A DNA stretch of 63,813 nt, counting the filler. It is 11 parts of 11 records of this genome, joined end to end, with 100 filler letters (N's around TTAATTAATTAA, not from the genome) between each part and the next. Parts side by side here need not be neighbours in the genome. Positions count along the whole stretch, not along the records: positions 1 to 7,873 come from SRR9670534_1064; positions 7,974 to 22,564 come from SRR9670534_1075; 9 more parts are not named here. One strand, given 5' to 3'. The translations under genes were made by a program, and so were the position numbers. The notes beneath the pieces are model-generated. The model searched no databases and had not been told where the DNA came from. It was given only the letters and a program-made list of their open reading frames with translations. Shown one piece after another: positions 1 to 12,231 of this stretch. The first letter of the stretch is position 1. Each line of letters opens with the position of its first letter.

Positions 1-332
1 GATCACGTGATCCCGTGACTGGAAACCCTAGTACATACATACCTCTTACATCGTACATAGGTAATAGGTATGCTACATGCTGTAACCTTTTATGTACTAT
101 CAATGTATTATCAGACATAGCATGTAATAAGTTGATAGATAACAAATGATGTAATATCACAATAAATCGACCCCCATGTGGTACAATTTCATGATAAATC
201 GATCGTGGGGGGAGGTTGATCTGTTGTGACGGAAATACCGTACCTACTTATTAAGCTGGGTCCGTTGAAAGTGACTATGACAGGGTTTCACTGGTACATA
301 ATGCATATCATATAGTCAGCAGTGGTGTTGAA

Positions 333-1304
333 ATGTCCTCTAACCGCGTGGTTTGGTTGAAGAATCCACATTTGATGCAACATATTGCACAACGCTGGAA
401 GCTGCTTAATAATGAAAGCAATGCACTCAATTATGCCTTCAGTCATTCTGGAATTAGGGCAAAGCGAATAGATGATGTTGTGAGAGGGTTGTCAATGTTC
501 TTAGAGGCACATTATAATTTGGAAAAGCATAAGAAACCTGTGGTGGTTACCAATAAACAATCATTGTTCCACGTTAATAATTCTACAGAGTTCAACTTTT
601 TACGAATTAATCCAAAACAGTTTCTTTTTCATTTGGATAACAAGTTGACTTGGACAATTGCTAACTATAATCCAATAGGCCTAAACCATGTTCTTATTTT
701 ACCATATGTTTACCGATTATGTCCACAACATGTTACACTCGAAAGTTTAGCCATAATCCTAAAATTGCTCAAGAAGTTCCCAGTAACCTTAAAAAATCAC
801 TACAATTGGCTAATTGGGTTCAATGCTTGGTGTGCGAATGCTTCTGTTAATCATCTGCATTATCAACTTTTGCAAACTAACAGATTTGTGTATTTTATGA
901 CGGAAGCACCTTCATTAAAATTATCTAAGCACGTTAGCATCTTTGAAAACTACCCTGTTTCTAACGTTTGCTTTTCTTTTAGTAATCTGTTATCAGGTGC
1001 AGAAACCATCATATTCAACTTCATTAAGCTAATATATACTATGGGTTACACTTACAATATGGTGTTTTTCCGTTCTCTATTTGGTGACTATCGAATTCTT
1101 ATTTTTCCTCGTGAAGTTGTTTTTCCTTCTCCTTTTCAGCAAAATGATATTCAACCAGGATTTGCAGAATATTTTGGCATTTTTTTAGCACGTAATGATG
1201 AACAGTTCTCTAAAAGTATTGACTATTACTATAATATTTTAAACAAAACATCTCTTCATGGTGAAAGATTTAAACGCTTAATTTCAGCATACCATCTTTC
1301 ATGA
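333..1304 (+). CDS. GDPGP1: GDP-D-glucose phosphorylase 1 / VTC2-family HIT-like nucleotidyltransferase, intronless
   Basis: FNFLRINP, NYNPIGLNHVLILP, PQ and GFNAWCANASVNHLHYQ match the family pattern GFNSLG..ASVNHLHxH/Q. Confidence 0.85.
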   Translation: MSSNRVVWLKNPHLMQHIAQRWKLLNNESNALNYAFSHSGIRAKRIDDVVRGLSMFLEAHYNLEKHKKPVVVTNKQSLFHVNNSTEFNFLRINPKQFLFHLDNKLTWTIANYNPIGLNHVLILPYVYRLCPQHVTLESLAIILKLLKKFPVTLKNHYNWLIGFNAWCANASVNHLHYQLLQTNRFVYFMTEAPSLKLSKHVSIFENYPVSNVCFSFSNLLSGAETIIFNFIKLIYTMGYTYNMVFFRSLFGDYRILIFPREVVFPSPFQQNDIQPGFAEYFGIFLARNDEQFSKSIDYYYNILNKTSLHGERFKRLISAYHLS

Positions 1305-1657
1305 ATTGCCAAGTGGACCTATTATGTATACTTATAATTTTAATAAGACCACTTGATACCATTGTACAACAAGGATATTATACCAAATATCCTTGTTGTA
1401 CATGTACTTTGTACCATGTACGTATATGTACGTACTACGTATGTACCACATTTGTAATATTCTTGATTGTACGTAATACATATGTACCGTATTAATAGTA
1501 TTATTATATTATCACTGAAGGCATTGATAATATTCAGTGAATGCTTAGAATTTTAGGATTATTATTGATAATAATACATATGTAATAGATTCTTACCATT
1601 CAATAATATTTTTAAAATTACTGTTTCTTTCTTTGTTTTTACAGGCTTCTTATTAAA

Positions 1658-3396
1658 ATGTCCTTTTCGGAGGAAATCTTGATTTCCAAATTGAAGAGTA
1701 TCAACGGTAGTCAGGAGAGCATCCAGACTATGTCACTATGGATTCTTCACCATAGAAAGAATGTCAAAATTATCGTTAAAGTTTGGAAAAAGTTATTCGA
1801 TAACTACGAGGGCTCGAAAAGGCTAAATTTATTATATTTAGCGAACGATGTAATACAAAATGGTAGGAAAAAAGGTAGTGAATTTATCGACCATTTTGGT
1901 CACGTACTGCAAGACGTTTTTTTCCTGGTCGCTAAAGAAAGCCATCCTGCCGTCTTAAAAGGTGCTGATAGGCTAATCAAGATTTGGCTGGAAAGATCTG
2001 TTTTCGATGTATCTTTGATTGAAAAATTTAGATTGGCAATAGGCCAAGTAATAAACCAAATATTTAATATTTAATAATTACCATTTACATCATACTCTGC
2101 TTACGTATGTGTAGGTACTTAATAGGTACTACCTATATTATGATATGTGTTCACAGGGTACATTATGATATGCACTTTATATGCATATGATAATGTACCT
2201 ATGTGTATCATAATGTATTACACTGCATACGTATTATAGTATACTATACTGTATGCACAACATTAGCATATAATACATGTACCGTGTAAAATTTACACTG
2301 TAAGTGTAACAGTTACAACTATTGTACAGTACATCTGCAACTATTGTACAGTACAGTTTGCACTACATACCACATTAATAAGTTACACTGTATATATTTA
2401 TTATACAATGTACAGAACAATGGTGTAATGCTGATACTGTATGGTGTAGTAAAAATAAACTTTTCCATAATGTACATATAACGTTGTCATTGACATACAC
2501 AACATTATTTATACGTACATTATGGAAAATTATGTACGTAGTTTACTTTTACTTTGCTACGGTGCGTTCTATGCATATTATAACTTATAATTTATAAGGT
2601 TACTAGCTAAAAGATTATGTACTTTCGATTATTACTCTGTGATTAATAATAAGGTTATTTAATATCCTATATTATTAGTATACTATATTATTAATATACT
2701 ATATTATTAGTAATAATATTCTATGTATATGATGAGGTAATTGTGACATCTTTTTGTATGATTTTTTTTATGTAAATAGGGCCATATGAAATTCACATTG
2801 TGAATATGTTGCATTTCTTTTAGGGAAAATCTTCTACTCAGCCGCCTAAAGTGCGCTCGGCCTCCTCTGCAAAAATCAGAAAAACTGATGATGAACATTT
2901 GGGACTCCTAGACATCGTTGAAAGAATGCCCTCACAGCGTCCAGTAAGCACACCTGAGTTGTTAACCAAATTATCTGACTTGGGAAGCACTGCATCAAGC
3001 GATGCTACAGTTCGTCAAAAAATTGCTTCTTTTCCTAGAGAGGTTTCCGATATTCGATTCTTGGACTCTGTATTGGATAAGGTTCAAGGAGACGCTTTAT
3101 TACAGAATGTGGAAGAAGCAGTCAAGATCGTTAGTGAATATGATGAGCGTTTGAAGGAAGAATTAAAACAGAGAAGGATTACTGGAGGTATTTGTAGAGA
3201 CTTTTTTAATGCTCAAAAGGAAGAATATTTTAATTGTGAAGAAAAATTAAGGCTTGCTAAGCAAAGACACTCAAGGTTTTTAGACATCGCTCGAGAAGCC
3301 AAGGCTCATGGAGAAAGCCTTCCAGATTTGAATAACGTTTTAAATAAGATAAATGTACAATCAGCATCCACTCCTAATATACCCGAATTCCTTTGA
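1658..3396 (+). CDS. RPRD1B: RPRD1A/B (CID-domain, Pol II CTD-binding) protein. Exons 1658-2047 and 2824-3396.
   Basis: SQESIQTMSLWILHHRK and LLYLANDVIQNGRKKG (CID). ASSDATVRQKIASFPREVSD coiled-coil C-terminus. Phase-0 GT(2048)..AG(2823) intron joins the two ORFs in frame. Confidence 0.9.
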
Positions 3397-3881
3397 TTGA
3401 TTTTTAATTGGCAATGATGTAAATTTTTAACATAAGCAAGAATCTTGTTCCAAGATTAAATAATATGCGTTACCATCTGTAACATTATTATTGTACTATT
3501 GATAATGTAATTGCCAAAATATTTTATAAATACCATGATGTTAGATTGATATGCCTACGTCTTTTCTAAATGTTCCCCGAATTGTTCTCTTATAATGACT
3601 CAGATACATTTTGGCAAGTGCGGATATATCAAAAAATCTGATTTGCCGGTGAATATTATCTATCTATAATTATTAATAACTCAATAACAAGTGATCCGCC
3701 TTATCTTTCGGCTGCTCAGTTTTCAGTAGTCTTACGACGTATTTAATACGTAGTACGTCCACGTTTTACAGGATTATAATAATCTGTATAAGTCATATGA
3801 TAAGGACTGAGTTCTATTAATGCCATTATTATTATTAATACATATCATAATTTCTGATTATGATTGCCGTGAATAATTCAA

Positions 3882-6800
3882 ATGAAAAAGGCAGGGTCTA
3901 AGAGCGTAAATCTTTCTGTACCCAAAGTTCTACCACATTCGAGAATATCTCCATCACCATCAGTTGATGTTGGTAATTTTGGTTTGCAAATAGATCGACG
4001 AAAGAGATCTACGATTATTTCATTTATAGAAAGTCCTGGAAATTCTCACGTGGAGTCCGAAGAACGCGAAAGAGCGGAAACTCAAGTAGAACCCAGGAGA
4101 GGATGTTTTAAATGCATTCCACCATTATTCCATAGGTCAAGTCCTACAAGTTGGTATAATCCAAGTTTCATTGACAAAGACTTAGAAAAAGAATATAAAG
4201 AATTTTCAGCGAGCCATTTTTTACGAAAACGCAAAACAGCATTTTTGTATCTTGTAGCGTTGAGTATCATATGGTTGATATACGAATTGCTTGTTCATTT
4301 CCATTTCCTGAAAGATGTCAAAAATAAACGTCAAAGTCATTTTTATATGAGGATTGGGATTACCTTGATGGTTCTTGTTGTTAATTTAATTGCTGTTATT
4401 TTCACGCTTTTAATCAGACGAGATAAAATAGACAAAAACTGGATCATTCAATCAGGTGTAGCTATTCAAATATGGATCGTTTGTTTAATCTATACAGCTG
4501 TAATGTCTTTGGAAATACAGTATGAAAGGTTTGACCATAAACTTCGCAATAATACAAATTCTTCACTAAATGAGGAATCAATCATAGCGATTGATAAAGG
4601 AGAAGTTAAAATTATTGTTTTAAACATGTGCGTCATTTGGCTCTTGTACATTTTTTTCAGTTTTCATCTGCAAATAACGATTCTCCTTGCTTTAATTCAA
4701 TCAGCATTGATCGAAGTGTTTACACATATTGATATCGATAATGACGGTAATATGACTCTTTCACATTGTCCACCTATGTACATGGGAACGGCCTTTTTGG
4801 GCCATTTAAGCATGCACCTTATGGGCATCCATTGTTACCTGATGGACCAGGTACGACAAAGGACAGCATTTTGGAAGATCTTACAGTCCTGTATCATTAA
4901 AAAGAATCACGAAGCTGAAGCGTCTTTGATCAAAGATTCATTACATTGTGTTCTTCCTGACACCATTGTTGATGAGTTGCAAGACAGAGAGTACTTTCAG
5001 GAACTTTGTAGAGAAAACGTTACATTTGAACCAGATGAATTTGTAGGGCGTGTTACCATTAAGAAACCAGCCAGACCCAGGAGTTCAACTTTCTTCAAAA
5101 ATACTGTTTTAAACACTATGTCCAGTGAAATTACCAATAAATACATCAAAAAGATTGAAGATGTTTCTATTCTTTTTGCGGATATAAAGAATTCAGTGAA
5201 AATGATGAAGAACAAAGATCCAGCAGATGTGGTCAAACTCTTGAATGATTTATATGGTAGGTTTGACACCCTGTGTGTTCGAAGTGGATGCGAAAAGATT
5301 GCCACATTGGGTATTTTTTACTTTTTTTAATTATGCAGTATTCAATGAATACTATTCATAGATAAACTTTATCTGATAAAGTTGCTTAGCATCATTCTAA
5401 TTCATATGGTATTTTTAGTAAAATCTGATATTACGTAATAATAGAAGAACGTTCTTCTATTTAATAGAAGAACGTTTGAAAATAACAATCTATAATAATT
5501 CAATAATCATAATGTTTTCATTGATATATGTTCTTATTTTACTGGTTATTAATAATAATAGTAGAGATTATTTCATGTATGTACTAATTGATACATTGGT
5601 ACTCATTCAAGGTACATGGCATGTATGTACGTACATGCCCCCTGGATTTTCATCTTGTCTCTCATTTAAGATTGGCTGATCTTTGCATAAGCTTTTTATT
5701 AAAATAAGCATTGATACGGTATCTATTTGATACTTTAATAATAGTAATAAAACATAGAAATTAGTGTCGATGTATTGTAATAATACATGATATCATTTAT
5801 AGCAAACAACAATGAAAAATATAACTAACAACAATAAAAACATGTTCATTTGATAATAATAATACCAATTAAAATAATGTGATAGCATAGCGAGAACAAG
5901 ACGCAAGAAATTGTTATTAGAATACTAATCTATTACCTAATATTAATAGAATAATAATAATACTAATAATACATAACAAGGTAATAAAACCGTAACAAAA
6001 TAACACAGTGATAAAGCAAAACTTATTTTTCTTATTACCATATTATACAGATTTTTTACACCAAAGTAGTTAGTAAAGTCAAGATTCTTTAGGTGATTGT
6101 TACTATTGTGTTTCGGGTTGTCCAGTTCCAAAGAATGACCATGCATTTTGTTGTGTAAATTTTGCTGTACAAATGATCAAAGTTATTGACGAATTTAACT
6201 TTGATCATGAACATGAAATGAGTGGAAAAATTGGTATGAGAGTTGGGATTCACAGTGGTGTAGTATTTTGTGGTATATTTGGCGACAGAAGATTTAAATT
6301 TGATGTTTTCTCTGAAGATGTCAACATAGCGAACGAGACGGAAAGTACCGGGATGGAAGGCAAAGTTCATATAACCGAAGAATGTTTAATGTATTTAGTC
6401 AAAGATGCAGAAAAATTAGACCGTGAGTATGTTGTCGAGGAAAGAGCTGAGAATGTTGATGAAGGTACATTATGTACATATCCGTATTATTGTAATACAA
6501 TATACTGTATGGCATACATGAAAGCGTCAACTATAATAAAGTACGAACGACAGCGACATCTTTTTTGGAATTTATCATATACGGTATCTATGTATGATAG
6601 TTCTATTTTTAGATCGCAACACTTATTTCATACGTCCGAAGAGACCCTTTTTGTCCAGACTTCTTACTCAACGTGATGATGATTTCGATATGGACATCAT
6701 TGAATACTATACACAAGATGATATGGTATTTTGCCCTGACAATGAAACTATTGCTCAAGTTAACATAGACAATCATGATTTATCCACAGAAAGGCGTTAC

Positions 6801-7873
6801 TCTTCCCCTTCATCCAACCAATTAGAATCTGATGATGTCGATCACAGACGGAAATCAGTTCCACCTACATGGCAGCCACTCTCATTGAGTCCAATAGTCG
6901 AGGTTACATCCTGTTCAGGTGTCAATGACAGTAACCTATCAAGACAAGATTCAATCATGGAGTTAGGAGGGGATTCTATAAGCGACTTGCCTCCAACTTC
7001 AAGAAGAAGACCTCCTTTGGAGCGGCAGGATTCAATAGCTAGCTTAGCACCTAATACAATATGGGTAAAAAAGTTTAGCCTTAAATGGCGAAAGAGAGCC
7101 AATCAATTAGAAGATAAATGTGAGGACTCGTTTATGGCAAAATTTGCTGAAGATAATGCTGATGAAATTACAAAAAATTATGTAAACTGTCCCTTTAACG
7201 AAATCTCACTTGGATACACTGAAGAAAAATACGAAAAATCCTATCGAAAGCACGTGTTAAGGCATTATGATGCCATAAAGCCCACAACATTTGGAGCTCC
7301 TGCAGTGAGCTTCCTTCTAAATGCCTGCAAAGCATTAATGGTAGCAACTATTATTGGCACGATTATTGTTATATCGGAAGAAGAAGAAACTCCAATTGCA
7401 GATATCATCCTAATATTCATATCAATTCTTTTCTCAACTGCATTATTGACACTTGGTATAATGAGGCTGATCAGAGTCAAATCATTAAAAATTTTAAGCA
7501 AGTCAAGGAGGGTTGAAGTCTTTTTATTTTATGCAATTTATACATTGGCAATTATCATGCCAGTTTCGGTTGCTGTAGCTCATCCATACTGTTTTTTAAA
7601 CAGGTGTAAAGGGAGCCGTGATGCTAACACGAATGCGTACATTTACTCAGTGGGAATCTTTTACATGACTAATTACAGCTTGGTAAAATCAACTATAAAG
7701 TCAGTGATATGCTTTCTTATGGTGGTAATTTTAATGATACCAGAAATAATTGGTTCATGTAGTTATCAAATAGTTCCAATAATTTTGATTTGTTTGTTGT
7801 GTATTTTAACGAACAGAGAATTTGAAAAGAGGCATAGATTGGCGTATTATGGTTATAAAAAAGCTTTAAATGA
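3882..7873 (+). CDS. ADCY9: Transmembrane adenylyl cyclase, type 9-like, 3' partial. Exons 3882-5310, 6093-6464, 6613->7873.
   Basis: First TM cluster, then C1a: VSILFADI..EKIATLG|DCYYCVSGCP..MRVGIHSG..KFDVFSEDVNIAN. Second TM cluster follows. SWYNPSF..DLEKEY resembles the AC9 N-terminus. Splice phases are consistent. Confidence 0.88.
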
Positions 7874-7973
7874 NNNNNNNNNNNNNNNNNNNNNNNNNNN
7901 NNNNNNNNNNNNNNNNNTTAATTAATTAANNNNNNNNNNNNNNNNNNNNNNNNNNNNNNNNNNNNNNNNNNNN
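7874..7973. other. Artificial contig spacer N44-TTAATTAATTAA-N44. Identical spacers at 22565-22664, 29789-29888, 34590-34689, 37773-37872, 41365-41464, 49151-49250, 53763-53862, 57281-57380 and 61200-61299.
   Basis: Ten identical 100-nt blocks with a core giving stops in all six frames. Genes are cut off at the block edges. Confidence 0.98.
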
Positions 7974-8051
7974 CACCCAAATCCGGACGTCTGGACAGCC
8001 TATCATAATCGGAATTTTATGTTTTTGCACTATATCAGTCAAAAATCTTAG

Positions 8052-9019
8052 AGAAGGAAAGAACCGTCATCAAAAAAGCATCGGTCTCATAGCAGTGATC
8101 ATCATCATCATCACCACCACCGCCATCACCATCATCATGATAGTCATAGTCATGAACACCATCATCGTCGAAAACCTCACAAGGGAGAAACCAAAAGGGA
8201 AAAACCTAACAAGAGCAGGAGTTATCGTGATCGTCATCGAGATCGCTCATCTTCTAGAGATAGATCAAGGCGAAGGCATACCAGTGACAGGGAAAGATAC
8301 GATGATCGAGACAGGAACTGGCAGCGCCGTTTTCAGATATCTGAAGAGGATCTAATTGCAAAGAGACGAGTAGAAGCTGAAGAAGTAATACTTACAATTA
8401 GCGTCTTGAAAATAAAATATAGACAGCATTCATTACGTATGAATTAGATAATGAGATAAATATAAAGTAACACGAATACTACTGTGTGGAATAAGTACAT
8501 CACTTCCATAATGAAAGTTTCATTTCTTGCAATTGTTAGATCGAAAGACGAACTGGTATCGCTTTACCGAAATATTTGAATCTTGCCACTATAGATCCTG
8601 CTAGATACGTAGACAACCTCATGAAAAAGAAACTGCTGTGGGGTAAAACAAATGAAGCTATGGGGACAAACAAACCAAGTTCATCATCTACTATGGCAGT
8701 AGTGGCAACATCTACGGTGACAGACAACGAAAAAGCTGAAAAATTCCGCAAATTAATGGGAGCTGCGACTGTAGCAGATGATATCAATGACGACAATATG
8801 AAGAATACAATTGAAAGTGAAACGCATAAACAACAAGAACTTTTTGCGTCGCTTGACAAACAATATGCTTTTGCACGTGCTCAAACACACACCCTAAGGG
8901 GTGCAGGATTAGGTGCCATGAAGTCATTATCTCACGTGCAGTCTGTACCAGCAAAAGCCACTTCTAAGCCAACAACTTTTGTACCAGCATCACAGGCGTC
9001 AAGCACCAAGAAAACGTAG
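8052..9019 (+). CDS. RSRC2: Arginine/serine-rich coiled-coil protein 2 (SMAP domain), 5' partial. Exons 8052-8384 and 8540-9019.
   Basis: TGIALPKYLNLATIDPARY..KKKLLWG, KFRKLMG and QQELFASLDKQYAFARAQTHT.RGAGLG. The upstream exon is His/Arg/Ser-rich and joins through a phase-0 intron. Confidence 0.88.
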
Positions 9020-9300
9020 ATATGCACGTTATTTATTGTTTTATCTAACTGTAAGTTACTTATTAATAAGTATGTCGTAATTCATAGCGTAGCAAAATAT
9101 CACTTAACATTGCTTCAACAATAATTTTCATTAATTGAATATTCTTAATTAATAGCAAACAATATATGCTGATTTAATTTAGTACATGGATAAGTGATCC
9201 ATAGGATCACGTAACATAATTATTTTGCAATTTTTTGGATACATAGTAGGATTCATAATAATAATACATGTATTGTAACAGGGCATTGTAAATATTCCGT

Positions 9301-10397
9301 TTATTCAGATGCGGGTTCCATTTGTACCTTATACTTTTCGGTTACGAAAACTGTGTGATTATGTTCCATTTCTGCCTTATGACTATCAAGCATAGTTTTA
9401 CAGCCAACTTCATATTCCCATCCAAACACAGATCTGTGAGTAAAATATATTTTTAGATTTTTCAACAGATATGAAATCACCATAATTTTGTAAATTAATA
9501 TTTACCTAACTCTTGCTTCATATCTGGTACAAATGGAGTGGTTTGTTTTGGTATGAAGTAGAATTAGAGGTTCATTGGCGCTTGCTGGCATTCCTTCATA
9601 CTCCATTCTCATCAATGGATCAAAAAATGCCACATGCCAAGCTGTTTCTGGTACTTGCTTTTCATCAAAAAATATTTTTTGAATTCGACTTTTCTTTGTT
9701 AGATCATTGCCATTAAGTGTTGGTGCTTTACTTGCCAAATACATCTAAAATCTTCATTTTATAAATCTTCAGTTTATAGTAATTTTAAAAGCTCAAACCT
9801 CATTAGCCAGTGATTGGAGACAAAAAGTTTGAGCATAACGAACGGGTTGCTCATCTGGTGTACCATCACAACTGTAGTAATGGAAAGGATGTTTTTATTA
9901 ATAATTCTTATTGATTACCCGAAAATATTGTTACCTAACGATTCTAAAACAGTTTCTTAGTGCTGGATCTGCCAATGTTGAGCCACTGACCGTTGATGCA
10001 GTTTCTTTTATGTCATCAGAGAAAATGGAATTTGGTTCTAGAAAAACTGTAAGTACATTTGGTTCTCGTCTTTCTTTGGTAGCGGCTGCATCATTTTGAG
10101 GTTTTGGGACGTTCATAATTTGAACAATATCCCCAAAATGGATAAGCTTATCATTTACTGCTGTCAAATTGACTTTTTGAAGAGCAGCTCCAAGTAATTT
10201 CCCAGATTTTTGCGACAAAAGTTCTCCTTTGTCTTTTTTATCCAAGAAATCCTTAATGACATCCTAAAATTTGATTTTGTTTATTAATAATAGTAATGGA
10301 AACTGAGAAGACTAGCCGACTTTCTATTTACCTCTTCAAGAGCGACGTCTTCATACCAATTTCCAATTCTTACGCGAGGATTATATATGTTGGTCAT
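9301..10397 (-). CDS. CFAP161: Cilia- and flagella-associated protein 161. Exons 10397-10332, 10263-9935, 9871-9799, 9744-9506, 9433-9301.
   Basis: N-terminus MTNIYNPRVRIGNWYEDVALEE|DVIKDFLDKKDKGELL. Also DPLMRMEYEGMP and FGWEYEV. Four short GT-AG introns keep the frame. Confidence 0.88.
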
Positions 10398-10444
10398 TGC
10401 AAAGTTGAAACGTATAATGAATGCCGCCATGTTGGTTTATATTT

Positions 10445-10458
10445 GCAACCATGACAAC
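10445..10458. promoter_or_regulatory. Probable RFX X-box upstream of ciliary gene CFAP161, with a YY1-like AACATGGCGGC on the minus strand at ~10423-10433
   Basis: GCAACCATGACAAC (rev. GTTGTCATGGTTGC) is close to the X-box consensus GTTGCCATGGCAAC and lies ~50 nt upstream of the ATG of an axonemal gene. Confidence 0.6.
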
Positions 10459-11448
10459 GGAGACCTTAGATAGGTATTAGAAATTAGATAGGGACATCTG
10501 TTTATCTTTTTACCGCGTTTTTGTACAATATTTGATTTTGCAATACTATTGTAGTAGTTACAATAGCTATTGCATCCAAGCCACATTATTGAATCCTCGA
10601 CTCAATGGTCGTAGATACCTTATGGCCCATGAACCTGAAAGACTAATTTTATTATTATTAAAAGACAGTTTTGTCATCATTGGCAAGATACTTACTAAAA
10701 ATTAATAATAATAATTCCTATCACATTGGGTGACTCGCATACTAATAAGCATGTACTAATTTATACAATAATATACGTATATTATTATATAGATTAATAT
10801 TTAGTTATAGAGTATAAAATTATTTATTAAAACCTACTAAATAATTATATATTATAATCTTAAATTATAGGTTAATTATAGATTATTAATCTATAATTAA
10901 CCGTTAATATGTTTGCTGAATTATTTTACTTTCCAATTTATTGAAATATTCACATTGAAAGTTATCTTTATTGTTACATATTCTACTAACATTTCTACTG
11001 TCGTATAATAGAAATAGCATATGATATTAATAATAAGTTAATTAGGGTATACTAACTATAGTTAATTATCACAGAGCAATAGTTGTTTATTGCTCTGTCA
11101 GTTATTATATGATATATTATACACTATGGTTATTATAAAGTATTATACTTTATACTTTATAAAGTAGTATACTATACTAATAACACTAATAACCTATGAT
11201 ATTAAATGTTATTAATAATATAATATAATAATTTAATATAATAAATGTTAATTAACTTAATTGTTATTAATAATAATAATTTGAATCAAATTATTTGATT
11301 ATTATTTTGACGTCATTTCAATTTTTTGTAGCCTACAAATTGTAGGCCAAAATTTGTTAATTGTATAGCCTTACATGCATGTAAAACGCTTTTAAAATGT
11401 CAAAAGTTAAATAAAAATCAAACATAAATAACGGAATAAATTATTGTC

Positions 11449-12231
11449 ATGGAGCCTACAAAAAACGATTCCAATAAAGATGAGAAAGAAAAAGAGGAGG
11501 AAGAAAAGCAGACGTCAGAGCGATTGCAAGGTGAAGCACTGTTGCGCAAACAAGCAATGAATTTTCTGATAGCAAAAGAGCTAATGAAGGGTATTGTTAC
11601 CGTGAAGAACTTCAGTGAATTGGGCAAAGCAGACCATATCATAATGAGGGGAAAGTACTACAGTCATCATTTCCTTATCGTTGGAGTGGATATTGCAAGT
11701 TCTTCTTTGGATATAGTTCATTTTGCTGAACCTAGAGCAAGAGCGGATGAAACAATTGAGGACCATAGAATTTTGCTGATTAAAAGATTATTTTACGGAG
11801 AAACAAAAGCTAATGTGATCAGAGAATGGACAACATTCTACCTTGATAAAATTACCTCCAAACCTGTCCTTTTTAGAGGGAAAGGGATTATACCACCGGC
11901 TAACTATCTGAGGAGACCCAAAGGTGAAATTAAATATGACACACGACCAATGTTTAAAGTAATCTATGAAGAGAAATACTGTTTCCCTCCAGAAGCTGTC
12001 ATAGAAAGAGCGACATCTAGAGTAAGTGATGCTGGCTATCATCTTTTGGACAACAATTGCGAACATTTTTGCGTATGGGCGAAAACTGGGCATGCGATTT
12101 CCTTGCAGGCGTCTTCGACATATTTTCTGATAAATATGGCAGATAGCGCTTTTGCTGCCATTGAAACATATGAAAAAGACAAGAAGCAAGCCAAAAAGGA
12201 TTCAACTAACAAACTTGATAAAAATCAATAA
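11449..12231 (+). CDS. LRAT/HRASLS-like (permuted NlpC/P60) protein, intronless
   Basis: YSHHFLIVG..IVHF His motifs and YHLLDNNCEHFCVWAKTG (NCEHF catalytic Cys box). Confidence 0.85.
   Translation: MEPTKNDSNKDEKEKEEEEKQTSERLQGEALLRKQAMNFLIAKELMKGIVTVKNFSELGKADHIIMRGKYYSHHFLIVGVDIASSSLDIVHFAEPRARADETIEDHRILLIKRLFYGETKANVIREWTTFYLDKITSKPVLFRGKGIIPPANYLRRPKGEIKYDTRPMFKVIYEEKYCFPPEAVIERATSRVSDAGYHLLDNNCEHFCVWAKTGHAISLQASSTYFLINMADSAFAAIETYEKDKKQAKKDSTNKLDKNQ

Noticed and set aside
8095-8355. Track ORF MIIIIITTTAITII as a membrane peptide
   Set aside because: It is an off-frame reading of the CAT/CAC His tract in the RSRC2 exon.
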